Position numbers and translations under genes: made by a program. From Sporichthya sp. (GTDB taxonomy: Bacteria; Actinomycetota; Actinomycetes; Sporichthyales; Sporichthyaceae): 61,654 nucleotides of DNA. Positions 1 through 7,745 of this stretch are shown here, piece after piece. A model generated the notes under the pieces. That model ran no database searches. It saw only the letters and a program-made list of their open reading frames with translations, and was not told where the DNA came from. How positions within the stretch are numbered: position 1 is the stretch's first letter; the number at the start of each line of letters is the position of its first letter. Where the stretch lies: the NCBI RefSeq assembly GCF_013815995.1, contig NZ_JACDFE010000001.1, positions 1-61,654 on the forward strand. The letters are read 5' to 3'.

Positions 1-552
1 GGCTGGGTTGCCGGTGCTCTGACCCTTGACCGGCTTGGGCGTGGAGCTCTTCGTCGAGTTCGGTCTCACCGTGGACCGGCCCGGCGAAGAGGTGGATTGG
101 CCGGGTGGCGTTGTCGGCTTGCCCTTGGCTGGTGTGGACGTCGGACGCGCCGTGGAGCCCGGGGGTGTGACGGTGCCATTCCCGGGGACGCCGCCACTTC
201 CGGGCGTGCTCCCAGGGCCGCCTGGACGGTTCGACGGTCCGGGCGTCGATGTGGTCCCGCCCGGGGTTGTCGCCGGACCGGAGACCGGGGCGGCCCCGGT
301 GCGACGGGCGTCCTCGACCGCGTCAGCCGCGCCGACCTCGTCGCCGTCGGTGGTGACGACTTCCGGGGCCCGCGGGCCGGGGAGAACGCCACCCGCCCCG
401 GGCACCACGAGTCGGTCGAGACCGGGAGGCGCCACCAGCGAGGCAACCACAAGCGCCAGGTAACCGGCGAGCCCGGCTCCCGCGACGCGGCCCGCCATCC
501 GCAGGGCGCCCAGTCGCCGCCCGGTCGGGTCGACGAAAATCGGCTTGTCCAT
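1..552 (-). CDS. Membrane-anchored Pro/Thr/Gly-rich hypothetical protein (runs off the window start)
   Basis: Absent from the ORF track because it has no stop in the window. Hand translation from ATG 552 (preceded by GAAGGTAG): MDKPIFVDPTGRRLGALRMAGRVAGAGLAGYLALVVASLVAP, then a low-complexity P/T/G/S tail open to base 1. Confidence 0.7.
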   Translation of the reverse strand, partial: MDKPIFVDPTGRRLGALRMAGRVAGAGLAGYLALVVASLVAPPGLDRLVVPGAGGVLPGPRAPEVVTTDGDEVGAADAVEDARRTGAAPVSGPATTPGGTTSTPGPSNRPGGPGSTPGSGGVPGNGTVTPPGSTARPTSTPAKGKPTTPPGQSTSSPGRSTVRPNSTKSSTPKPVKGQSTGNPA

Positions 553-739
553 CTACCTTCTCCGCCACCGTCGGACTCGCGGACCCGCGCCGTCCGTAGA
601 ACCGCTGAGGTATCGCGGGGACATCGTGTCACTGCGCGCCCTCCGAGGGCGTCCAGCACTCCACGGATCGGTGGACTTCCGCAAAGGGTCGGGCGCTCGA
701 CAAGTTCAGAGCCCTGAGGGGGCTGTCGCTCGCGACGAT

Positions 740-901
740 GCACGTGTCTACCGGCGGGCCATGGTGGTGCTGGCAGGCAACGAGGTCTGGAACGCGTTCT
801 TCTTCGGTCGCCGCAGCACCCGAGACGGCTTCTACGGGGTCCTCGCGTTCCTGCCGCCGCTGGCCCTGCTACAGACCGCAGTGGCGGGCGACACAACCTG
901 A
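740..901 (+). pseudogene. Possible TspO/MBR-family fragment
   Basis: VVLAGNEVWNAFFFGRRSTRDGFYGVLAF resembles the N-x-x-W-x-x-x-FFG segment of TspO; only ~50 aa with no credible start. Confidence 0.35.
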
Positions 902-1009
902 CCGGCCCGGAGTAGGTTGGCAGGACGTTCCGGACGGGCGGTCCGGCCGTACCGGAGCCGGTTTTCCTGGCCGAGGCCGCCGCCTCTGACATCGGGAGCT
1001 TCTGCACGG

Positions 1010-1525
1010 ATGAGCAAGATCCAGACCTTCACCGTCGCCCCCGACCGGTCAGCTCTCCTGGTCGAGACACGCAGCAACGTGGGTCCGATCGTCTTCGGTT
1101 CCCTCAGCGTCGAAGGCGAGGCCGAACTCAGTGTCGCGAGCTCGGCCATTGACTCCGCTGTTGTGTTGTCGGCGGTCATCCGCGTCCCGGTCGGTTCGCT
1201 GGAATCGGGCAACTCCCTGTACGACTCCGAACTGCGCAATCGGCTGGATCAGCGTCGCTTTCCGGCGATCACGGTGGCACTCACGCAAGCCCGCTCCCTG
1301 GGCGACGGGCGCTTCGACGCTGAGGGCGACCTGACAATCCACGGCACCACCCAGCGGCTGACCGGCAGCCTGGCGGTCACGATGCCCGATGAGAAGACCG
1401 TGATCGCCGAAGGGCGACACGTCGTCGACATCCGCGATTTCGCGATCAGCCTCCCCACGATGCTGATGCTCAAGATCTACCCCGACGTCAGCGTCCAGTT
1501 CCGAATCACGGCTGTGCGCGCCTGA
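1010..1525 (+). CDS. YceI-family lipid/polyisoprenoid-binding protein
   Basis: SLESGNSLYDSELRNRLDQRRFPAI and GDLTIHGTT are YceI-like; ATG 1010 follows GGGAG. Confidence 0.75.
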   Translation: MSKIQTFTVAPDRSALLVETRSNVGPIVFGSLSVEGEAELSVASSAIDSAVVLSAVIRVPVGSLESGNSLYDSELRNRLDQRRFPAITVALTQARSLGDGRFDAEGDLTIHGTTQRLTGSLAVTMPDEKTVIAEGRHVVDIRDFAISLPTMLMLKIYPDVSVQFRITAVRA

Positions 1526-1546
1526 CCCCGCGAACACGTGCGCAGA

Positions 1547-1909
1547 TCAGGGTTTCGCCTTCTCGACAATGCTCAACAGCTCCGGCCCGGTGAACGGTTT
1601 GACCAGGTAGCCGCTGGCGCCCTCCAGCTCGGCCCGTCGGAATTCGCGAGGATCCACGTGTGCGGAGAACAGCACAACGCCGGTGTGGCGGAGCCAGTCC
1701 CGGCGGCGCAGATCGGCGAGCAGTCCCCAGCCGTCCATGCCCGGCAGCTGCAGGTCGAGCAGGATCACGTCCGGCCGCCCGTCGGCCAGAACGTCGAGGG
1801 CGGCCTCGGCGGTCGCCGCCTCCGCGACCTGATGACCAGCACGCTCGAGCAGCAGGCGCGCGAGCAGTCGGATGTCGGGCGCGTCATCCACCACGAGCAC
1901 CTGACTCAT
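1547..1909 (-). CDS. Single-domain response regulator (receiver only)
   Basis: VLVVDD...ILLDLQLPGMDG...YLVKPF; 120 aa; overlaps the kinase stop (ATGA). Confidence 0.92.
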   Translation of the reverse strand: MSQVLVVDDAPDIRLLARLLLERAGHQVAEAATAEAALDVLADGRPDVILLDLQLPGMDGWGLLADLRRRDWLRHTGVVLFSAHVDPREFRRAELEGASGYLVKPFTGPELLSIVEKAKP

Positions 1910-3435
1910 CGCCCGTCACCGTTCGCGACGCCGAACCGGAACGTCGATCCCTGTCCTGGCTCGCTGTCCACCCACACCCTGCCCCCGTGGAGTTCTACGT
2001 ACTGGCGCACGATGGCCAGGCCGACGCCGGTGCCCCGCTTGGCCCTCGTGGAGCCCGGGACCCGGAAGAATCGTTCGAAGATCTCGGACTGATGCTCAGC
2101 CGCGATGCCAGGCCCGTCGTCGGCCACTGACACGACCGTGCCCTGTTCCCCCGGTCCAGCGCACACCCGAATGATCCCCGGCGGTTCTGAGTACTTGGCC
2201 GCGTTGCCGATGAGGTTGACCAGGATCCGCTGCAATGCGTCCGGGTCGGCCCACACGACCAAGTCGTCCGGCACGTCGACCTCGACGGTGCGACCGGCCA
2301 GCGCGGAGTCGAGCTGGCCTTGCACACTTCTGACCTGTTCGGCCAGACCAACGGATCGGGGCTCGATCATCACCCGACCGGCCTCTAGACGCGAGTAGTC
2401 CAGCAGGCGCTCGACCATCTGATGCATGTCATACGCGTTGCGTTCGATCGGCTCCAGCAACAGCGCATGCTCGGTGGGGGTCGCGCGCAGAAGCGAGGAG
2501 AAACCCAGGATCGCGGTCAGCGGCGTTCGCAACTCGTGCGAGACCGTGGCCAAGAACTCCTCCTTCGCCCTGTCGAGTCGGCGCAATTCCTCGCTGGCCG
2601 CCCGCTCGCGATCCAGGGCCTCGCGGGCCGTTGCCTCGGCTCGCGTCCGGACGCTGACGTCCTGGCACACGCCACTCGCGCCGATGACGCGACCGTCGGG
2701 GTCGCGAGTGGGCTCGATGGCCAGGAACACCCAGACCGTCGAGCCGTCCGGATGCCGGGCGCGGTGATCGAGCTCGGCCGGAGTGCGACCCGCCAGTACT
2801 TCCGCCAGCGCGGCGCGGACCAGATCCTGATCGTCGGGGTGGATCAGGTCGAGATGGGCGCTGAACGAGGGAAAGAACTCGGCGGGGTCCACGCCGAAGA
2901 TCGCGTACATGCCCTCCGACCACTGCACCATCGAGGCGCCGAAGTCGACCACGAAGGTGCCGGTGCCCGCGAGCGCTTCACTGCGACGCACCCGCCGCTC
3001 GCTCTCCGCCAGGGTGCGCTGCGACTCCCGCCGCTCGGTGAGGTCGAACGCGACCACCCACCAACCGCCACCCTCACCCGGCGCCGATGTCGGGGCAAGG
3101 GTCAGGACCACTGGCACGACCTGGTCGTCGGTCCGACGCAGCTGAAGTTGGAGATCGTCATCGATTCGCGCGCCGGCGCCGGCCTGCACGAGCACCTTTG
3201 CGAACCTGACCGCATCCGGGGGGTGCAGCGCATCCACGAAGGGCGCACCCACCAGATCGCCGTCGATCCGGCCGAGCATCCGCCGCGCGGCCCGGTTACG
3301 CCAGGTGACCACCCCCGCCGAGTCGAGGTGGAACGTCGCGTCGGTGGAAGAGTCCAGGATCGCGGCGAGGTCTGGATCCACCGCCACGCCGGTCGCGGCG
3401 ACGTGGGCTGTGGAAGTGGCAGCCAGAGAGTTCAC
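1906..3435 (-). CDS. Cytoplasmic PAS-PAS sensor histidine kinase
   Basis: H-box FLATVSHELRTPL, N-box NLIGNAAKY, G1 DDGPGI, G2 GTGVGLAI; two PAS/PAC-like regions; no transmembrane segment. Confidence 0.93.
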   Translation of the reverse strand: MNSLAATSTAHVAATGVAVDPDLAAILDSSTDATFHLDSAGVVTWRNRAARRMLGRIDGDLVGAPFVDALHPPDAVRFAKVLVQAGAGARIDDDLQLQLRRTDDQVVPVVLTLAPTSAPGEGGGWWVVAFDLTERRESQRTLAESERRVRRSEALAGTGTFVVDFGASMVQWSEGMYAIFGVDPAEFFPSFSAHLDLIHPDDQDLVRAALAEVLAGRTPAELDHRARHPDGSTVWVFLAIEPTRDPDGRVIGASGVCQDVSVRTRAEATAREALDRERAASEELRRLDRAKEEFLATVSHELRTPLTAILGFSSLLRATPTEHALLLEPIERNAYDMHQMVERLLDYSRLEAGRVMIEPRSVGLAEQVRSVQGQLDSALAGRTVEVDVPDDLVVWADPDALQRILVNLIGNAAKYSEPPGIIRVCAGPGEQGTVVSVADDGPGIAAEHQSEIFERFFRVPGSTRAKRGTGVGLAIVRQYVELHGGRVWVDSEPGQGSTFRFGVANGDGR

Positions 3436-3459
3436 CTGGGCCCCCTCGCGGGTGCCAGC

Positions 3460-3837
3460 TCAGACCGCCGAGCCGAGCTGCAGGACATCGGCCAACCGAT
3501 CAGGCACGGGTCCATCGCGAAGGCTCTTCTCCAAGCAACCCCGCGCACCCAACTCATACGCGCGCTCGGCGAACTCGTGCAAGGCGTAGCCCGAATGGAA
3601 CACGATCTGCGTGCGCGGGGACGTCTCCAGGATGAGCGGCACCGCGTCCAGGCCGTCCATGTCCGGAAGCGAGAGGTCGAGCAGCACAACGTCCGGGCGC
3701 AGCCGACCGCTCAGGTCGATCGCTTCCTGTCCGGTGGCGCCCTCGCCGCAGACCTCGAACTCCGAACTGGCCGCAAACTGCAGTTTCAGTAATAGCCGGA
3801 TGTCCGGTGAGTCGTCGATGATGACGAGCGTCAGCAC
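3460..3837 (-). CDS. Single-domain response regulator
   Basis: LVIIDD...VLLDLSLPDMDG...LEK; 125 aa; no output domain. Confidence 0.9.
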   Translation of the reverse strand: MLTLVIIDDSPDIRLLLKLQFAASSEFEVCGEGATGQEAIDLSGRLRPDVVLLDLSLPDMDGLDAVPLILETSPRTQIVFHSGYALHEFAERAYELGARGCLEKSLRDGPVPDRLADVLQLGSAV

Positions 3838-4107
3838 GGCTGGGACCTTCTCCCCCTGGCAAGGTCAAAGCGAGGACCTCAGGGTCCCGCCCAGAAAGTA
3901 TCGGCTGCGCAGACACTCGACTTGACCCCTTTCCGGCGGTTCGATTGCGGTCATCAGCGGACTCCACCAGAGTGCGACGGAAGTGGCGATTCGGGCAGGG
4001 CCGGACGACCCGCCGCTGGCCCCATTTACGGTCGATCGATGGCCCATATGGACAAGGACCTTCGGCCCAGGGGCAGCGGCCCGCGTGGGCCGGAGGCATC
4101 GTCGCCT

Positions 4108-4383
4108 TCAGGTTCCGGTCGAGGTCGGACCGGCCGGCTGAACCAAGGCGCGGACCCGTGCCACCAGGTCGATCACGGACCCGGGACGGCTGTCCGCCGA
4201 GTCGAGCAATGCCGCGCCGAGGTTCTGCAACGAGTGGCCGGCGTGGTGCCGCATGGCGGTCACGAGGTCGGCGACCTCATCGGAGTCCCGGACGGCCTTG
4301 AGTGCGTCAAGGACCTCATCGCTCGTCTGGCCGCCCCGGGCGCAGGTCATCCACCCGGCGAAGAATGCGAAGAGGATTCCCAC
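4108..4383 (-). CDS. Small hypothetical protein with hydrophobic N-terminus
   Basis: GTG start after GGAGG; MGILFAFFAGW then an amphipathic helix; 91 aa. Confidence 0.6.
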   Translation of the reverse strand: MGILFAFFAGWMTCARGGQTSDEVLDALKAVRDSDEVADLVTAMRHHAGHSLQNLGAALLDSADSRPGSVIDLVARVRALVQPAGPTSTGT

Positions 4384-4657
4384 GGTCGCGCCTCCGAACT
4401 CCTACGAGACCGCTCGGACACCAAGCGCAACTCATTGTGTTCGCCCACGGGCACCCGCTTCCTGTCGCCACCGTAGTCCCCCACGGCGACCTACTGGAAG
4501 CCTCACTTCTACTGCCTGGAAAAGCACACCGAGACCTGGCTGCTCAACGCCTAGTCTCATGCTGGTTCGTCGGCGACCACGTGTCTGACGGACCTTCCCC
4601 CGGCCCGGTCAGCTTCGCTAGCCTTCGCCCAGCGCTGGCCAGGGCTCGGAGGTCGAG

Positions 4658-5470
4658 ATGCACCGACGGATCCAGTTGACGTGCGCATGGGCCGGGCCAC
4701 TCCTGGTGGTCCTGGTCGGGCTCGGGCTCACGGTGTTCGCCGACCTGATCCCGGCGAACAGTCCGGGGGACAGCTCCGGCCAGGTGGTCCAGCACTACGC
4801 CGACCACACCACCGGCATCCGCATCGGCATGGTGCTGGTGATATTCGGCGGAGGCTTGATCGTCCCCTGGGCCATCGCCCTGGCGACCCAGGTCCGCCGG
4901 GCGGCGCCGGGTCATCCCATCCTGTTCCACATCCAGGTCGCCTGCTCGATCGGCGCCTGCATGCTCCTGGTGATCTTCAGTCTGGTCGGCGGTCTCGCGG
5001 CCTTCCGGCCCGGGGAGATCGACGAGCAAACGACGCAGGCACTCAACGACCTGCTCTGGTTCTGCTGGGTCATCCCGGGCTCGTACTTCGAGGTGTGGTC
5101 CGTCGTGGTCGGAGTCTCGATCCTGCTGGACAAGCGGGCTCAGCCGATCTTCCCCCGGTGGTCCGGCTACCTGAGCATCCTGGCGGCCATGTCCTACCTG
5201 CCGGGGTGCTTGGGCTACTTCTTCAAGGACGGACCGTTCGCCTACAACGGCCTGTTCGTGTGGTGGATCCCGACCGTGGTGTTCTTCGCCTGGATCATGC
5301 CGATGTCGTTCCTGACCATCGGTGCGATCAACCAGGAGGCCCGGGAGAACCCCGACGGTGCGCCGACGATCGCAGACCCGGCCGTGGTCGCCGAGTTCGC
5401 CCGGCTGCGCTCCGAGCTCGCGCGCCGCGGGCTGACCCAACCCGATCCGGTCGGGACGAATGTTCCCTGA
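4658..5470 (+). CDS. Multi-pass membrane protein of unknown function
   Basis: About 6 hydrophobic segments, strong GC3 bias, GGAGG RBS. Confidence 0.8.
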   Translation: MHRRIQLTCAWAGPLLVVLVGLGLTVFADLIPANSPGDSSGQVVQHYADHTTGIRIGMVLVIFGGGLIVPWAIALATQVRRAAPGHPILFHIQVACSIGACMLLVIFSLVGGLAAFRPGEIDEQTTQALNDLLWFCWVIPGSYFEVWSVVVGVSILLDKRAQPIFPRWSGYLSILAAMSYLPGCLGYFFKDGPFAYNGLFVWWIPTVVFFAWIMPMSFLTIGAINQEARENPDGAPTIADPAVVAEFARLRSELARRGLTQPDPVGTNVP

Positions 5471-5804
5471 GCCGCCGAGGCGTCGGACCTCCTCCATCCC
5501 GGCTATCCCGCCGCTACCCGAGGGGTCGGGTCCGGCCGCGATTCGCACGGCCTTGCTACCGGAGGAGCACGAGGAGTTCGACCGCGACTACCGGCGCGCG
5601 TTGGCGTCAGCCGCGGACTCGCTCGACCTCGCCGAGGTGTTGCGGATCCTGGAGCATTGGCGGCTTCGGGTGATCATTTCCTCGGACCCTGAGGCCTACC
5701 GGCTCGGACTCGCGCACGCGGTCACCCTGCTGTCGGGCGAGCAAGCGCCGGTGGGCGAGCCTCTGACGAGCGTCAAGGAGCGGCTCGACCAGCTCGGTGC
5801 GTAG
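5460..5804 (+). CDS. DUF6247-like putative antitoxin
   Basis: PAAIRTALLPEEHEEFDRDYRRAL...LDLAEVLRILEHWR pattern; directly abuts a RelE-like ORF. Confidence 0.7.
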   Translation: MFPEPPRRRTSSIPAIPPLPEGSGPAAIRTALLPEEHEEFDRDYRRALASAADSLDLAEVLRILEHWRLRVIISSDPEAYRLGLAHAVTLLSGEQAPVGEPLTSVKERLDQLGA

Positions 5805-6051
5805 GTGTACCGGGTCGTCGAGGGCGAGCACGCCGCCCAGCAGGTCGCTGCGCTGCCGCCGGACGCGTTGGCCGCCTACGCGCAGGCCCGCGTTGTGTCT
5901 GGAGGTCGCGCCCTGGTCGGGCGATCCCTACAAGGACGAGTATCCGGAACGACCGGTCAGGGTCTTGCCCTTCGGTGGTGGTGGCGGAGCCACCTACCTG
6001 ATCCTGGAACCGCGACGAGAGGTGCACCGCCTGTGGTCGCAGCTGGCATAG
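5805..6051 (+). pseudogene. RelE/ParE-like toxin, frameshifted near 5893
   Basis: MYRVVEGEHAAQQVAALPPDALAAYAQARV continues in another frame as LEVAPWSGDPY...RVLPFGGGGGATYLILEPRREV. Confidence 0.6.
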
Positions 6052-6067
6052 CACTCAGTGCTATACT
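6048..6067 (+). promoter_or_regulatory. Palindromic operator overlapping the -10 box of a probably leaderless promoter
   Basis: ATAGCACT-C-AGTGCTAT at 6048-6064; TATACT at 6062-6067 lies 7 nt before ATG 6075; no RBS. Confidence 0.6.
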
Positions 6068-6074
6068 TTGATCC

Positions 6075-6593
6075 ATGACCGGGCGTGGCGACCTGCTGCG
6101 TGAGGTGATGCTCAACACGAGCACCACCCAGTCCGAGCTGTCGCGGCTCAGCGGAGTCCGCCAGCCCAGCATCAGCCAGTTCCTATCAGGCAAGGTCGAG
6201 CTGAGCGACGAACAGCTCGACCGACTCCTGTCCTGCATGGGCTACCGGCTCGAAGTCGTGCGACGACCGGTCGAGCCGAAGCTGACCCGATCCGAGCGCC
6301 GGTCGTGGGAGTTGCACCGCCGGCTCTCGTCCCACTTGAACCGCTCAACCCTCGAAGAGTGGCGCCCCACGATCGAGCGCAACCTGGAACGCCTGCGCGG
6401 CCGGGTGATCGGTCAGCCCCACCTCCGGAACCTCGACCACTGGACGTCGCTCGTCCAGCGAGGCGACGTCCTGCGCCTCCATCGGATGATGACAGGGCTC
6501 GATCGTGAGTCGATCGAGATGCGCGAGGTCTCCCCGATGGGCGGGCTGCTCGCCGCGGACCAACGCGCCGAGGTTCTCGCGACGGCCGACTGA
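6075..6593 (+). CDS. XRE-type HTH protein (putative antitoxin)
   Basis: TQSELSRLSGVRQPSISQFLSGK HTH; TGATG-coupled to the downstream NTase. Confidence 0.8.
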   Translation: MTGRGDLLREVMLNTSTTQSELSRLSGVRQPSISQFLSGKVELSDEQLDRLLSCMGYRLEVVRRPVEPKLTRSERRSWELHRRLSSHLNRSTLEEWRPTIERNLERLRGRVIGQPHLRNLDHWTSLVQRGDVLRLHRMMTGLDRESIEMREVSPMGGLLAADQRAEVLATAD

Positions 6594-7192
6594 TGCGCCG
6601 CGACCAATTGGAGCACGCCATCCGCACGGTCTGTCAGATCATCGGCGCGCCCGCGGTGATCGTGGTGGGCTCGCAGTCGATCCTGGGTACCTTCGATGAG
6701 GAGCAACTGCCGGCCGAGGCCACGATGTCGATCGAGGTCGACATCCTGCCCATCGCCGACGACAACCACGAGACCGCACGGCTCGCTGACCTCATCGAAG
6801 GTGTAGCCGGAGAGTTCTCGCCGTTCGAGGAGCTCCACGGGTTCAGTCTCGACGGCGTCGACCTGGAGACCTGCGCCCTCCCGGAAGGCTGGCGCGAGCG
6901 TCTGGTCAAGGTCCAGAACGCCAACACTGCTGCGCCCTCTGGCGAGCCACAGTTCACGGGCTGGTGCCTCGACAAGGAGGACCTCTGTGTGGCGAAGCTC
7001 TGCGCCCTTCGTGAGAAAGACCAGAACTTCGTTGCCGCGCTCATGGAGGCGCACCTGATCGACGTCCAGACGATTGTCGACCGACTACCCACTGTCGAAC
7101 ATCGTCACCACAAGTCGGCGGATCGGCGATCTCATGGCTGCGATCATGGACGTGACCTCGCCCGGAAATCGGCTATGCCGAGTAGACGGTGA
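6593..7192 (+). CDS. DUF6036-like nucleotidyltransferase (putative toxin); probable C-terminal frameshift near 7125
   Basis: LEHAIR...VVGSQSILG...SIEVDI NTase motif, LPEGWRERL and AKLCALREKD; the alternative frame near the end reads AISWLRSWT*. Confidence 0.75.
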   Translation: MRRDQLEHAIRTVCQIIGAPAVIVVGSQSILGTFDEEQLPAEATMSIEVDILPIADDNHETARLADLIEGVAGEFSPFEELHGFSLDGVDLETCALPEGWRERLVKVQNANTAAPSGEPQFTGWCLDKEDLCVAKLCALREKDQNFVAALMEAHLIDVQTIVDRLPTVEHRHHKSADRRSHGCDHGRDLARKSAMPSRR

Positions 7193-7323
7193 CCTCACCG
7201 ACCCGCTCCAAAATTGCAGTGTCGGCGCGGTGGAGGACTGGCGCGGGATCGCCGCCGGCCGGCAATGGCTCGGAGTTCGTCCAGCGAATGCGCCGGCGTC
7301 CATTGCGGCGAGTCGCGAAAGTG

Positions 7324-7345
7324 TGCGTACAAGCTGCCCACCAAC
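7324..7345 (+). repeat. Degenerate 11-bp tandem repeat (putative integrase arm site)
   Basis: TGCGTACAAGC-TGCCCACCAAC; same unit as at 11039-11071. Confidence 0.6.
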
Positions 7346-7403
7346 GATTAAAACCCCGATCGCCGTGGTGGGCAATCAGGGCCCTGACCTGCGGAAACGG
7401 TAG

Positions 7404-7446
7404 TAGCGGGGGTAGGATTTGAACCTACGACCTCTGGGTTATGAGC
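7404..7446 (-). pseudogene. 3' half of tRNA-fMet(CAT), att-site remnant no. 1
   Basis: Reverse complement GCTCATAACCCAGAGGTCGTAGGTTCAAATCCTACCCCCGCTA covers the anticodon loop, T-arm and acceptor 3' strand; the 5' half is absent. Confidence 0.88.
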
Positions 7447-7745
7447 GACCCGAGCAGGTGGGTGTCATCCGCCGTCGGTAGACGGCCGCGGCCGCGCCGG
7501 CGAGCAGGTTTGAAGAACCTGATCGAAGACGACAATCACGACACGCCCCCTGTTGAGGCGTGACCCCAATCCTCGGCAGTCGCGGAGGGGGTCAGGGCAC
7601 CCCTGGGGCGCGACGCTCCTTCACCGCCGGGATCATGTCTGGTATCGCCCGCCCGGCTCGCCACCATCGCCTGGTCGGCGTCCGGCCTCCGGTAGCCAGG
7701 CACCCGGCCGGATCGAGCACGACCGGACAGCGTCGAGAGGAATCC

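Noticed and set aside
4480-4554. Coding-like peptide PTATYWKPHFYCLEKHTETWLLNA*
   Set aside because: It may be a gene remnant, but it is too short to assign and has no start.
6048-6064. CIRCE (HrcA) element
   Set aside because: The half-sites resemble TAGCACTC/GAGTGCTA, but the spacer is 1 nt rather than 9 and no chaperone gene follows.
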